The notes under the pieces are model-generated. The model did no database searches, was not told the DNA's origin, and worked only from the letters and a program-made list of their open reading frames with translations. A DNA stretch of 63,270 nt, filler included, from Intoshia linei (Eukaryota > Animalia > Orthonectida), in NCBI GenBank assembly GCA_001642005.1. It is 4 parts of 4 records of this genome, joined end to end, with 100 filler letters (N's around TTAATTAATTAA, not from the genome) between each part and the next. Parts side by side here need not be neighbours in the genome. Positions count along the whole stretch, not along the records: positions 27,760 to 49,294 come from LWCA01000640.1; positions 49,395 to 63,270 come from LWCA01001020.1; 2 more parts are not named here. The stretch is one strand, 5' to 3'. A program made the translations under genes and the position numbers. Shown piece after piece: positions 39,001 to 50,234 of this stretch (positions are counted from its first letter, which is position 1; each line of letters opens with the position of its first letter).

Positions 39001-40370
39001 AAACTAGGATTCTCCCTTAAACGTTGGTAAAAGTGGATTATTACCTTAAGGTTTGATAAAACAGGAATTTTCCCTTAAAGTTTGGTAAAACTGGATTGTT
39101 ACCTTCAGGGTAATATAACTGGATTTTTACCTTAAGGTTTGATAAAACAGGATTTTTCCCTGTAGAGTTGGTAACACTCGATTGTTACCTTCATGGTTGG
39201 TAAAACAGGAATTTTTATTTAAAGGTTTGTGAAAATGAATTTTTCCCTTGAGGGTTGGTCAAACTGAAATTTTACCTATAGGGTTGGTAAAACTCGGAAA
39301 TTCCCTTAAAGTTTAGTAAAAGCGGATTATTACCTTCAGGGTTAGTAAAAGTGGATTATTACCTTCAGGGTTGGTAAAACTGGATTTTTCCCTTAAGGTT
39401 TGATAAAACAGGAATTTTCAGTTAAGGGTTGTTAAAAATGAATTTTTTTCATAAGGGTTGGTCAAACTGGAATTTTCCCTATATGGTTGGTAAAACTCGG
39501 ATTTTCCCTTAAAGGTTGGTAAAAGTGGATTTTTCTCTAAAGGTTTGATAAAACAGGAATTTTCCCTTAAGGGTTGGTAAAATTGGAATTTTCACTTAAA
39601 GGTTTATAAAAGTATATTATTACCTTAAGATTTGGTAAAAGTGGATTAGTAGTAAAAATGGTTGGGTTTAAGAATATTCTCTTAATAAATTATTAATTTG
39701 ATGTTTTATTGCAAAATTCAGGTATATGAATAATTCAAATAAATATTTACCATGTTGTGAAATTTCAGAGACGAGACCTTCCAATTGTAATTGTTTCGAA
39801 TATAACAATCTCAATAAAACTTTGATTGCGCTTTTATTGAAATGCACAATATAATAACCATAAAATTCATCGCCGTATTTGCAATGAATCTCGTTAACTG
39901 GAATATTGATAATTTTGCTAAGTTTGAAATAAAGATCGTGCATGTATTGTACACCCTCGGTTTTCATTGGAACTAGTTTGCTTTCAATCCTGGCGCAACT
40001 TATTTTTTCCGAAATACCTTCCTGGAGTACAACAATCTAAATTTGTCAAGTTACGCAATTGAATAAATACCAGTAGCGTGAAACACAATAGACAATTTAT
40101 TTTGTAACTCATATGTAAATTAACCAACAAAATGAAGCCCACGTTTTATCCGTCATATACAAAATGTGTATAAACAGTAGAAAATAAATAAAATTTAACC
40201 TGCTATTTTATTTTTAATTCAAATAGTAATGTTTGTTCTAATACCCACCTTTCAGCTACCACAATTATCATTATATTTTATATTTTTGTAGATCCCGCTA
40301 TTTATGTAAACAAAACATTATATTATTCATCCAAATATTCGTGACAATGCATGTTTAGCAGGTTCATCAT
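36078..40370 (-). CDS. Uncharacterised single-pass membrane protein with a Cys-rich (EGF-like) juxtamembrane segment; exon structure approximate
   Basis: Short minus-strand exons at ~40037-39750, 37248-37207, 36805-36750, 36707-36621, 36546-36486, 36450-36350 (CKDLYCDYNFSIC...NNAICTL) and 36289-36078 (TM helix LILTGIIGFIVICIIITIIVLFMCF followed by basic residues and an acidic tail). Confidence 0.55.
37400..38809 (+). mobile_element. Internally deleted Buster-type hAT nested in foldback copy 2
   Basis: FSLQFDESTDV-FVRYVVNDNINEEYLFCQSL (~37578-37680) and FCETGFS..KRNKLDV (~37945-38010). Right TIR GGTTAAGAACCACTG is followed by CCTTAAGG (nnnTAnnn target). Confidence 0.75.
38812..39650. repeat. 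~31-bp minisatellite (AAGGGTTGGTAAAACTGGATTTTTCCCTT-like), roughly 27 units
   Basis: Visible tandem array forming the right arm of the foldback element; the same unit occurs at ~9680-10020. Confidence 0.9.
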
Positions 40371-40530
40371 CAGATGTTTTACTTTTTTATTGTTAGATAA
40401 AATTACATACAATTATTATATAATAATCAAAATTGGAAACGTTCCAATTAACGTTAATGTAAAATATAATAATAAATTGAAATGTAGATCAAAAATTGGT
40501 ATTATATCCTAGGATAGTAAACAAAGTGTA

Positions 40531-43126
40531 ATGGATATAAACCAATTTTTGAAAAATAGGCAAATTGGTGGAACTTGGGAATGGAACAATGAAAAAAATA
40601 TCCTCTACTACAATAAGCCAGTGGGGTCTAATGAAAAAACAAGAAAAGAAAAAAAACCTAAACACGTTGGAGCAACTAAATTTAATGAAAAAAGGTTAAG
40701 TAATTATGATAAAGTAGTCATTATTTAGCCATCAATTTAATACAATCAATCAGTCGACATATTACAATCAAAACAATGTAAATACGAATGAAAGAAAAAA
40801 TAAATATGTCGAATTGGAGGATGTTAAAAGTAATTTGTCTATATTATAAAGTTTATAATATAAACCATTATTTATATCAAATAGGTGTTAGTAAAAATAT
40901 GCTTTTGGCGTCATATAGTTATTCGGAAGGGTTCGAAAGTTTTTTAAAGTATACTTTGAATAAAGTACATTTATTTAATTTTTTTATTAGGATAAATCAA
41001 GTGGACAGATTTTTAATACACTTATTTATTTACTTTGATTGTTTTTTCAAAAAAGAAGTCTACAACAATCGCTCCAATCCAATGAACATGTAAACAATTT
41101 TTTTACAATTTATTTCATTTTTTTTATAATTTTTAGAGCCGATGACGGTGATATACAAGAAAAAATTATATACGATTTAGCCAATTCAAAACGACATGTC
41201 GGTTATTTATATTCACTAATTATTGTTGGTGATAATATGATACAAACCCATCACATGCTTGGTGGACAGTAATAATTTTTTATATTTTATATTAATTACT
41301 CCAGATCACGAGTGTCTTCAACTTACAAAGACAGAAATTTATTTGAGGTATTTAATTCAACACGAATGTAAATTTTATAAAACGACTAGCATGAATGTTA
41401 TGTACTACGTATAAACAGCACCTAGCTCTGGCAAGAGCGCACATTTTTATTCCACTAAAAAATACAATAAGTAATAAGAAATAAACAGATAATAACAAAG
41501 TTGTACTACGTTGTTGTAGTTTGAAATTTTGAAAATAAAAATGTATGAGAATGAAAAATTGCGTAGCAATGAAAAAAAATCCGAAGAAATGAATTATATA
41601 GATTTCCACCCATATTTCTTTATTGGAAATGTGTAGGCGTTCAATGCAATTTTTTGTTTGTAATTGTAAGATGATTATTTTCCTTTTCATTTTTAATTTT
41701 AAACCAACATTTGAAAAATTGAAATATTGGTTGATAATATATTAAAAATTATTTTTCACCGGGTATGCGTAGATTTTTGAGGTTGAAATTTTTTAATTAT
41801 ATCAAATGGAATAATCTGTATTATAATAATCTTTTTTTTAATTGTAGGACAGTTAATTATTTCAAATTATTTGTTTTAAAAGTTTCGAAATAAAAAAAAT
41901 TAATACTAAAGTGATTTTTTGACAATGAAGGCGTCACTTATTGAGATTAAAATTTTTTGTGTGTGTTAACAGGATACAACTACCATTTTTATTTTTTTTT
42001 AAATTCTAGGGCTGTTTTAATTTAAAAAAAAATGTAATCTGGAGTTTTGACCGTGAAAATATTTTTTGAAGTTTTTATTTATGATGATATTTATGATTTT
42101 AAAATATTCTATCCATGAATTTATGTTTTATAAAATTTTCGGACATATTTCATTTTTAAAACAATAGGTAATTTGCGGTTTTGACAATGAAGGTGTGTGT
42201 TTCTGAGGCTGAGATTAACGATAATGTTAATGATTTTAAAATGCGTCCTAGAATGTATGTTTTATTAAATTTTTAGGCTGATTTTTTTGAATCCTTTAAA
42301 TCCTTGGGTTTATATTTAAATTTGATTTTAATACATTTAATTATTTAAATTCTTTCAATAAATTTTAATAATGTTTAGATGTTTTACCAATTTTGCATTT
42401 TTTGTGTGTGGATTACATTTAAAAGAGAAAAATTCCCTATAATTGAATCTGAAATTGGAAGGTAAAATTATTCAATTTTTTTAAAATTATTAGATTGCTA
42501 CGTTCAGAAACTTTTAATTCAAATCCGGATGGTAATTTTTTTCAAATCGTTATTTAATTTGTAATAGAAAAAGTAAAAACAATCCTGAAAAGGTATATGA
42601 AAAATGAATAAATATAGTTTTATAGAAAAAGACCAGCCATATCTAAAATAATCACGTAACATCACATTTAAATTAATTCATTAAAATTAGTCAAAACTCA
42701 CCTGCTCTAACAGCCATTCTTCCTAAACCCATCGACAAAAGTGCAGAATTGTATAATTGCAAGTCCATTACAGAAAATTACAATTACTCGCAAATTTTTG
42801 ATGCCGACGAAATTGATATTGACGAAATTAAGTATTCAAATAAATAATCATGACTAATTGAATATTAAAGGATTGGAATTATCAGAAATTACAAATTGGA
42901 CAAATTCAATCCTCAGACATTAAGTTTACTGTCGATTGAAAAAGAAAAAAATCAAAACATAAAATCAGATTTTACACAAAATGAACATGATAAAGATAAA
43001 TCTTCCCAAGGTATATTAGTAAATTTGTAAATTACAATAGTAATTAATTAATTGTAATTGGTAAATAAACGAATTTTAGATAAGGATAACGCTAGCTGCA
43101 CAAATTCTGCAGAGTTTGAAACATGA
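40531..43126 (+). CDS. PPP1R36: Protein phosphatase 1 regulatory subunit 36-like
   Basis: Spliced product includes VDRFLIHLFIYF, YSLIIVG...HHMLGGQSRVSSTYKDRNLFEMFYQFCIFCVWITFKREKFPIIESEIGRLLRSETFN, RPAISKII..NSPALTAILP and IGII...FNPQTL, matching recalled PPP1R36 motifs. Confidence 0.82.
41386..42290 (-). mobile_element. Most complete copy of the Helitron-like family (in PPP1R36 intron)
   Basis: Joins the hairpin-CTAG module (41386-41450) to the TTTCACCGGG(A/T)ATGCGTAGAT block (~41755) and the ~105-bp subrepeats. Confidence 0.6.
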
Positions 43127-43274
43127 CAGCAACATTCCCAAGACAATAAATTTTGTATTTATCAATAAACCATAACTACAATTTCTATACAATAATTGTT
43201 AACTTAGTTACTCATAAATTTGATACGATATTACATTAGCAAAGTTGTAATATTTTTTGTACCTAAAATAAATA

Positions 43275-45643
43275 ATGAACGATACAAAAATAACAAGGTA
43301 AATATTATTTGATATTGGGATTATCTGACTAAATAATATTTTATATCTAGGACTGCCGAACGTTCGATCAACAGAAATTCAAATAGAAGAATTAGCATTA
43401 AAGACAGGCTAGAATTACCAAACAATAATTACAAGGATGATAATAGTCGCATGGAAAGGAGAAATTTTTACAGAAATTTGAGCAAATCTCCCATTCGACA
43501 CAGTAATAATGACGGTCATTCTGGAAAAATTATCACCCCAAAATACATCAAAAGCCCTAATTCGAATGATTATGATCAGCGTAGAGATACTTATGTTAAA
43601 AGCAGTCAAAACTATAAAAGACGTGACTATTTAGATAACACTTATAATAAATACGGAAATTTTAACCAAAATAGATTCAAAAATTATGGAAGGGATTATA
43701 ATGGCAGGAACATGAACAATTCAAACTACACAAAACCTCAAAACTACCAAAATTACAGAAAAGTATACAATGAACCTCTAAACGAAAGTCGAAATGATAA
43801 AGATGCTAGTCAAAAAACCGTATTGGTAAGGCCTCTTAGTACATGTATTAGCGATGATCGCATTATGCATGCACTTATGAAAGAATTTGTAAGCTATGGA
43901 GAGTTTGACGCTTCCATATCAAATTCCGAAGAATGTAAAACCGCCAGGGTTGTTTTTAGTTCTGTTAAAGTGGCTGAAGACGTTATCAATGGTTCTAGAA
44001 ATGTGGTAATGTTCGGAACTCCCGTTCGAGTGACACTTCTCAAAACTTATTCGAAAGTAGACAATTACAATAGAAACTATAGTTCTCGTTCAATGCAAGC
44101 TAATCGTTACAATCGATTTTACAACAACACTGACCAAAGAAACAACGTACGAAGGAACAATTTTAACAATGTTGGTGATCGTTATCAAAAGTATAATGCG
44201 CCTTATAATAAGTACGGTAATATTAGTACTACCACCAACAATAAACCTTTCAGAAGTTACCATTCGGGAACTTTTCAATCCTCTCAAAAAACTAGCAAAG
44301 TGGACGAAAAACCTAATAGAGGATTGTATATTCAGTTTATAGATTCTACTGTTGGTGAAATCAGAATAAGAAACGAATTTGAAAAATTTGGCACTATTGA
44401 AAGCTTTGAATTACGAGATATTGAACGCAAGGATCATTATTCTGCTTATATAAAATTTGAAGACATTGATATGGCTAAAACTGCCAAAAGTGGTTTAGAT
44501 GATAGAACTTTCAATAGGAGAAATATACAAGTTACTTATGGAAAACCTCCAGAGAATTTCACGTTATTGATACACGGTTTACCATCACATGTCACAGTCG
44601 ATAAATTGGAAGAAGAATTTGATCGATTCGGTGCAATTAAAAAAATTTTATGGAAGGAAGGAAAAACGTATGGTTACATTACTTTTCAAAAAGTTTCTGC
44701 TGCAACCGCTGCCTATGAAGAATTGAAAAGTTCGCAAATGTTTGGCATGAAAGATAATCACATCAAGCTATCATTTGTTGAAAAAAGCCGTGTTCCAGAG
44801 ACATTTGATGTTGATAGCGTCCATGAATCTCCATTACGTATTCCAAAAAGAATAAGGTCTCCAGTTGACCGAATCCGACGAGATTCGAAAATACATGATA
44901 AGAAGCGAAGGTATTCATCACGTTCTAAGAGTAGAAGTTTTTCGAGGACGCCTTCTTTTTCCCTTTATCCTCCTTGCAGAGACCAGAAAAACATTTCTCG
45001 TTCCTTGAGTGCTGATAGATTTGGTGATGGAAAAAGTAAAACTATATCGAATCATGCTATTTCTCCAATTAATGCGAAAAATGAAGAATTTTTATCGAAT
45101 CCTTCGAAAGACGTCGTGTCCATTTGCCAACTAATTGACAAACGACCAAACATATTCTCTTGTTTGCTGCAAATGAAAAACAGTATTTTTTCTTGTAAAA
45201 TGTTTCTTATCAACGGATTACAATCTATCGCTCAAATGGCACTAAACCAATCGAGTATTGGGGATTTCAAGGCTATTAGAATCACTCAACGTTTGCGCTT
45301 GGATAAAACGAAATTTGGCGAAATTATGCGTAACATTGAATCGACCAATAACTATGCTTTGCTTATTGCATTTCCAGATGATGAATTGCAGAGCAAAATT
45401 TGTAATCAACTTAACGCTAAAGAACCGGAATTACAGTTGAGAACTCACAAAAACTTGGCAACTTATCTCACACAAAAAGAAGCTGCCGGAATCTCAATAC
45501 ATCAAGATTTGCAAACATTTGTATTTCCACCTTCCAAGTACATTTCTCAAATTGTTCACGCTGCGCAACCTCATGTCAATGTTTCCGTAGAAAAAAATGA
45601 AGAATTTCTCCTATTCTTAATTTTTTCATTTGATGAATGGTAA
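43275..45643 (+). CDS. RBM15: RNA-binding protein 15 / spenito (3 RRMs + SPOC)
   Basis: A short exon (43275-43297) splices in phase to 43351. RRMs (IRNEFEKFGTI, LEEEFDRFGAIKKI), an RS-rich linker and a C-terminal SPOC (MKNSIF..KMFLING, IRITQRLRLD, KNLATYLTQKEAAGI, FVFPPS). Confidence 0.92.
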
Positions 45644-46120
45644 TTTTTTATTATTTGATTCTCGGTTTTATGTGATGTTTGATCGAGAATCAGCTCCAAC
45701 TTGAAACCAATTATTTTTAAATTTAGAGTCAATCAATTCAACCAAAAAAATAGACGACGTGTAAAACAATTTGGATATGCTACTTTTAACTATATAAATG
45801 ATTAATCAGTTTGTGTATTGAATATAATTTACAATTAATTTTCAAAATTCAACGTATCAGGATTATTTGTTTAAATTAAACTCAAATTGTGGATATTCCG
45901 TTAAATTCCTTCAAATTATATTGATTAAATTTGGAATCAAAATTTTCATCATAATCAACTACAATCATTGTACTTAAAATTATACTCAAAACTATTCTTA
46001 AACCTGCAAATTCAATTCAATTTTACAAATTTTAGAGGGTTATATTTAGTAGTTGTCTTTACGATCAAATAAAGTATCGTTGATTAATAAACTAAAAATC
46101 AAATTTGTAATATCGAAATA

Positions 46121-46952
46121 ATGGAATACGTAATCGGTATTGTAGGGAAAGATTTTACTTTGGTTGCGTCAGACACTTCTATTAAGCATAGTATTATCAA
46201 TATCAAAAATGGTACATTTTCAAACTTGATTGAAATCATTTATAAAAACTAAAGAATAATTCAAATGTGAGATTTTAGATTGCGATAAAATTTTTCCCAT
46301 TAGTGATCATGTAATGATGGCAGCTTGTGGCGAATCTTCTGATGTGTTTGAGTTTTCCAGCTACATTGAGAAAAACATTCAATTGAAAAATTACATTCAA
46401 GGTGCTCTCATTTTTTCTATAATCAATTTGCTGCTTTAGGATACGAATTGAACGTTAATTCCATTGCAAATTTTACCCGTCGTGAATTGGCAAAAAGTAT
46501 TCGGAGTCGAGTTTCTACTTGTATAAATTTAATAATTTTCAATTAGTCTCCTTATAATGTCAATTTATTGCTGGGCGGATATGACAAAATAATTGGCCCT
46601 CGATTGTACTATATGGATTATCTTGGTTCTTCTCATGAAACTAAATATGCTGCTCATGGGTACGGTGCTTATTTTACATTTGGAATTTTGGATAAATTTT
46701 ATAAAAAGGGTAATTTTTAATTTACATTTATTAAATATATGGGTCAATAACATTTCTGTTTATTTAGACATGGTTTTGGATGAAGCTCTTGAGCTTCTAC
46801 AGTTGTGTTTAAACGAGGTTGCATTCCATATATTTTCTTAACATTTTTAGTTGTCGAAAAGATTTATCATAAATATTGATAAACTGCTTGTCAAGACCGT
46901 TTCTTTGGAAGGATCCACTGTTCTTAAGGAATATATTAAACCTATATGTTAA
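46121..46952 (+). CDS. PSMB2: Proteasome subunit beta type-2 (beta4)
   Basis: Six exons: MEYVIGIVGKDFTLVASD...GESSDVFEFSSYIEKNIQL...[28 protein letters not shown]...GPRLYYMDYLG...AAHGYGAYF...CLNELSKRFIIN. Confidence 0.96.
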
Positions 46953-47017
46953 AATAAATCTTATGTATTTATTGTGTTACTTGGTTATCTTTATAATTTA
47001 AACAATTTTCGAGTTTC

Positions 47018-47659
47018 ATGGCTGGTGAGCAAATTAAACGTCGACTTGTAAGTTTCTGCGAGTATAATGAATATATTTTGTAGCGTGAGTATGAGAAAGA
47101 ACCCTATCGGATTGTTATAACGGGTGCAACAAGTCAAATTGCTCAAACTTTGATTGTTTGTATGGGGTCTGGATACTTTTTAGGCTTAAATAGAGTAATT
47201 TAGATTTTTATAATTTACATATCGTTAGCCTATCATACTCAACTTATTCGATGTGGCTACTATTGAATCATGTCTTATTGCTTCAAAAATGGAACTGGAA
47301 GATTGTGCTTTTGATAATATAATCGGTAAGCTTGTATTGTATCATTGTAGCTTGATCTAGAAATTAATTGCACTGTTGACGAGCAAGTTGCTTTTATAGA
47401 TGCAGATTTAATTGTAATGATTGGATGTGTCTCTCGCAGAGAAGGTATGGAGAGAAGTGAGTTGTTGGGCACCAATGTCATTATTTTTGCTGAACAGGCT
47501 ATAAATATAAATAAATTTGCGAAACCAACCTGCAAAATCTTGGTTACTGGAAATCCAGCAAACACAAATGCATTTATTGTTAAACAATATGCCCCGAATA
47601 TATTACCTGAAAATATCACTTGTTTAGCTAGACTTGATCAAAATAGAGCTATGGCTCAA
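47018..47659 (+). CDS. MDH1: Cytosolic malate dehydrogenase-like, N-terminal half; remainder not in this contig
   Basis: PIRIVITGATSQIA, PIILNLFD, KMELEDCAF, RREGMERSELLGTNVIIF, KILVTGNPANTNA, ENITCLARLDQNRAMAQ; GT donor at 47660. Confidence 0.88.
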
Positions 47660-47846
47660 GTAAGCCCTTTATTTTTAATAGATTTTTGTTGAGGGCATAA
47701 TAATTTAAATTAAAATCTGAGCCAAAAATTGTAAATCATTGATTCGTTTTATAAATAAATCAAAAAGAAATGAACCTACATATAAAAAAAACCTATTTGT
47801 TATTTTGTGCGTGAGTAACAAAAAGTGGATATTGATGTGCAATTAC

Positions 47847-49294
47847 CAGGGCTGTGTGGAATTGCTGGTAACAGCAACAGCGGCTGCTGTACTGGTACAG
47901 CAAGGCTGTTTTTCCAGCATAAGATTTCATATATTATTTATAAAAAATTTCTAATAAATATACGTGAAATTTGCTAATTAACAATTATTCATTATAAAAA
48001 AATTATAGATTCATTAATAAGTTTTAATTATATGTACTTAAACTTTTTGTTATTAAATAATGTGTCGTTAATCAAATGAAAATCTAGGAATACGCATTGG
48101 GTTTACCCCTCAAACATTAGTATATTTAATTTATTAGTAAATTAATTCTATTTTTCAAAATGTATCATGTTTCAAGTTTTTTGATCTTTGGCAGACAAAA
48201 ACAAATTAAATATTAACATTGTATATATTCTTTCAATTACATCTTATATATAAAAAATCATTTAGCAGTGGCGGATTTGAGGGGTGCAAAAGGTGCAGTT
48301 GCACCTTCTAAATTGAAAAAAAATTTAATTAATGTTTTGTAAAATAACTGAAAAATATAAAAGACAACATACTTACTACACAGATAATTTGTGTTAGATA
48401 ACTTATATTGTCAAACTCTTAATAAATTAATTAACGTTCAATTTAATTCAATTTTTTTTTATTTAATAAAATTGAAAATTTAATTTGTTAAAAAAAATTA
48501 ATATATTTCCGCATCGCCCAATAAAAAGTCAAATCGCCCACTAGTGGGCGATATCGCCCAGGTTGGGAAACACTGATCTAAAGTATGGAATTATTTTACA
48601 TCAGTAAATAGTAATGAAGCTAAATGCACAAAATGCTATAATTAGTAATGCAAAATTGTAAAATGTTTAGGAACTATCAGTGGATTATGTTATCAGTGAT
48701 AACTTATCACGTTAAAAATGTTCACAATATTAATTTGAACTAAGATACAAACCAAAGAAAATTGCGAAGGATAGATTTTCTCGTTATTAAAAAATCGATG
48801 GAAGAAGAGGTATTCAAAATGGCAATCATGGATAATTTATCATTTAATAGAATAGCAAAAAGTGATTTTAATCAAATGAGTTTTAAAAAACGGAACAGTG
48901 AATATGACAATACTGCTCCCACTTGGCATAACTTTGTAAAAAGAATGATTCTATCGTTATACAATAAAAAAAGGAAGAACTTAAAATAATGTTGCAAGAT
49001 AAATGTGACAAGGAAATGAGGTTTTCTATCACTATGGACGAATGCATCCATGCAGAATAAACGATATATGAATGTAAACATTCATACGGAGAATAAAACG
49101 TGGTGTTTGGGTTTTATTCTAATAAAACAATCGTTTGATGAGCAACAGTATGTTAAATACATTATTGATTGAATTCGGAATAATAACCATTAAATTATGT
49201 CTATTAAACCTACTAGTTGTGAAGCTGAAAGTGCGTTCTTAATAACTGGTCATTATATAACTAAGAAAAGATCCAGAATATCACCCGATGTTGT
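47847..49294 (+). mobile_element. Degenerate Ac/hobo-type hAT transposon with nested MITE ends
   Basis: Left end CAGGGCTGTG; BED finger WNYF...AKCTKC; FSITMDE..RYMNVNIH; dimerisation motif SIKPTSCEAESAF..TKKRSR. Nested termini at 48266 (CAGTGGCGGATTT) and ~48510-48576 (...GGTTGGGAAACACTG). Confidence 0.75.
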
Positions 49295-49394
49295 NNNNNN
49301 NNNNNNNNNNNNNNNNNNNNNNNNNNNNNNNNNNNNNNTTAATTAATTAANNNNNNNNNNNNNNNNNNNNNNNNNNNNNNNNNNNNNNNNNNNN
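49295..49394. other. Artificial contig spacer
   Basis: N44-TTAATTAATTAA-N44. Confidence 0.97.
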
Positions 49395-50234
49395 CCAATT
49401 GAATCTTATAGTTTAAACATGGATTACGCTAAATCGGTCATTTGTCGAAAGCAATGTCTTCGAGATGATTATAAAATGTGTTGCACCTTAATATTACGAA
49501 TTATGTTTCGTGGTCAATTGACTCTAAGAAAACCGGGTCTGTGTCAAAGGCAAGATGGATTTTTCATATATTATATTGTGATAAATCCTATATATTGAGA
49601 TTTGATCAAACTGATGAGGCAAAATGTTTTTTTTTTATGGCTTTCAATGGTTATTTACCGTTATAGTTGAAGGCCGCTGATACACAAAAAGCTAGAATCA
49701 ATGACATGTCCATGATTTTTGCCTGGGAATCAACGTCAACAATTAATCCAATATTTACAAGAATATACAACTGTGATAAACTCAAATTTACCCTTCACAC
49801 TGATTACTTCATCAAGGATGTGAAATGCGTGAAAAATGCTCCTTCTGTCAATGATCCAGCTTAATGAGCATTAATGAAATACAGAAAAAGCGATTAAAAT
49901 TTCAAAAATCAAAGAGGATGTTCAGAACAATTGTATCAATTATTAATTTTTTTAAAAAACAACAATAACAAATCATAAATAAAAATTTAATAAAGTTACT
50001 TTAAAAAAATTATCGTAAAAGTTTGATTGCTTCCTGCATGGTGAATTCTCATTTATTTTTTGAATAAATTTAGGATACTTATTATTTCATTCATAAGAAT
50101 AGAATTATCCCTGAGCATCACTGCAAAACTCAAATTTTTAAAAAAATGTGACACCCTAATGTAAATAAATGGCGATAAAATAAATAATTTAACGATAATT
50201 ATAATCTTTTATTTGTAAAATTAATTTTTTGTTA

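Larger units (their letters stand above)
37302..39681. mobile_element. Non-autonomous foldback/Mutator-like element, copy 2, with nested insertions
   Basis: Same termini as copy 1; perfect 9-bp TSD TTAATAAAT (37293-37301 / 39682-39690). Confidence 0.9.

Noticed and set aside
38812-39650. Regular ~31-bp repeats resembling a CRISPR array
   Set aside because: Head-to-tail degenerate units without unique spacers, in a eukaryotic context; they are the arm of a TSD-flanked transposon.
49395-49900. Short ORFs next to the gap, possibly a transposase C-terminus
   Set aside because: No diagnostic motif recognised.
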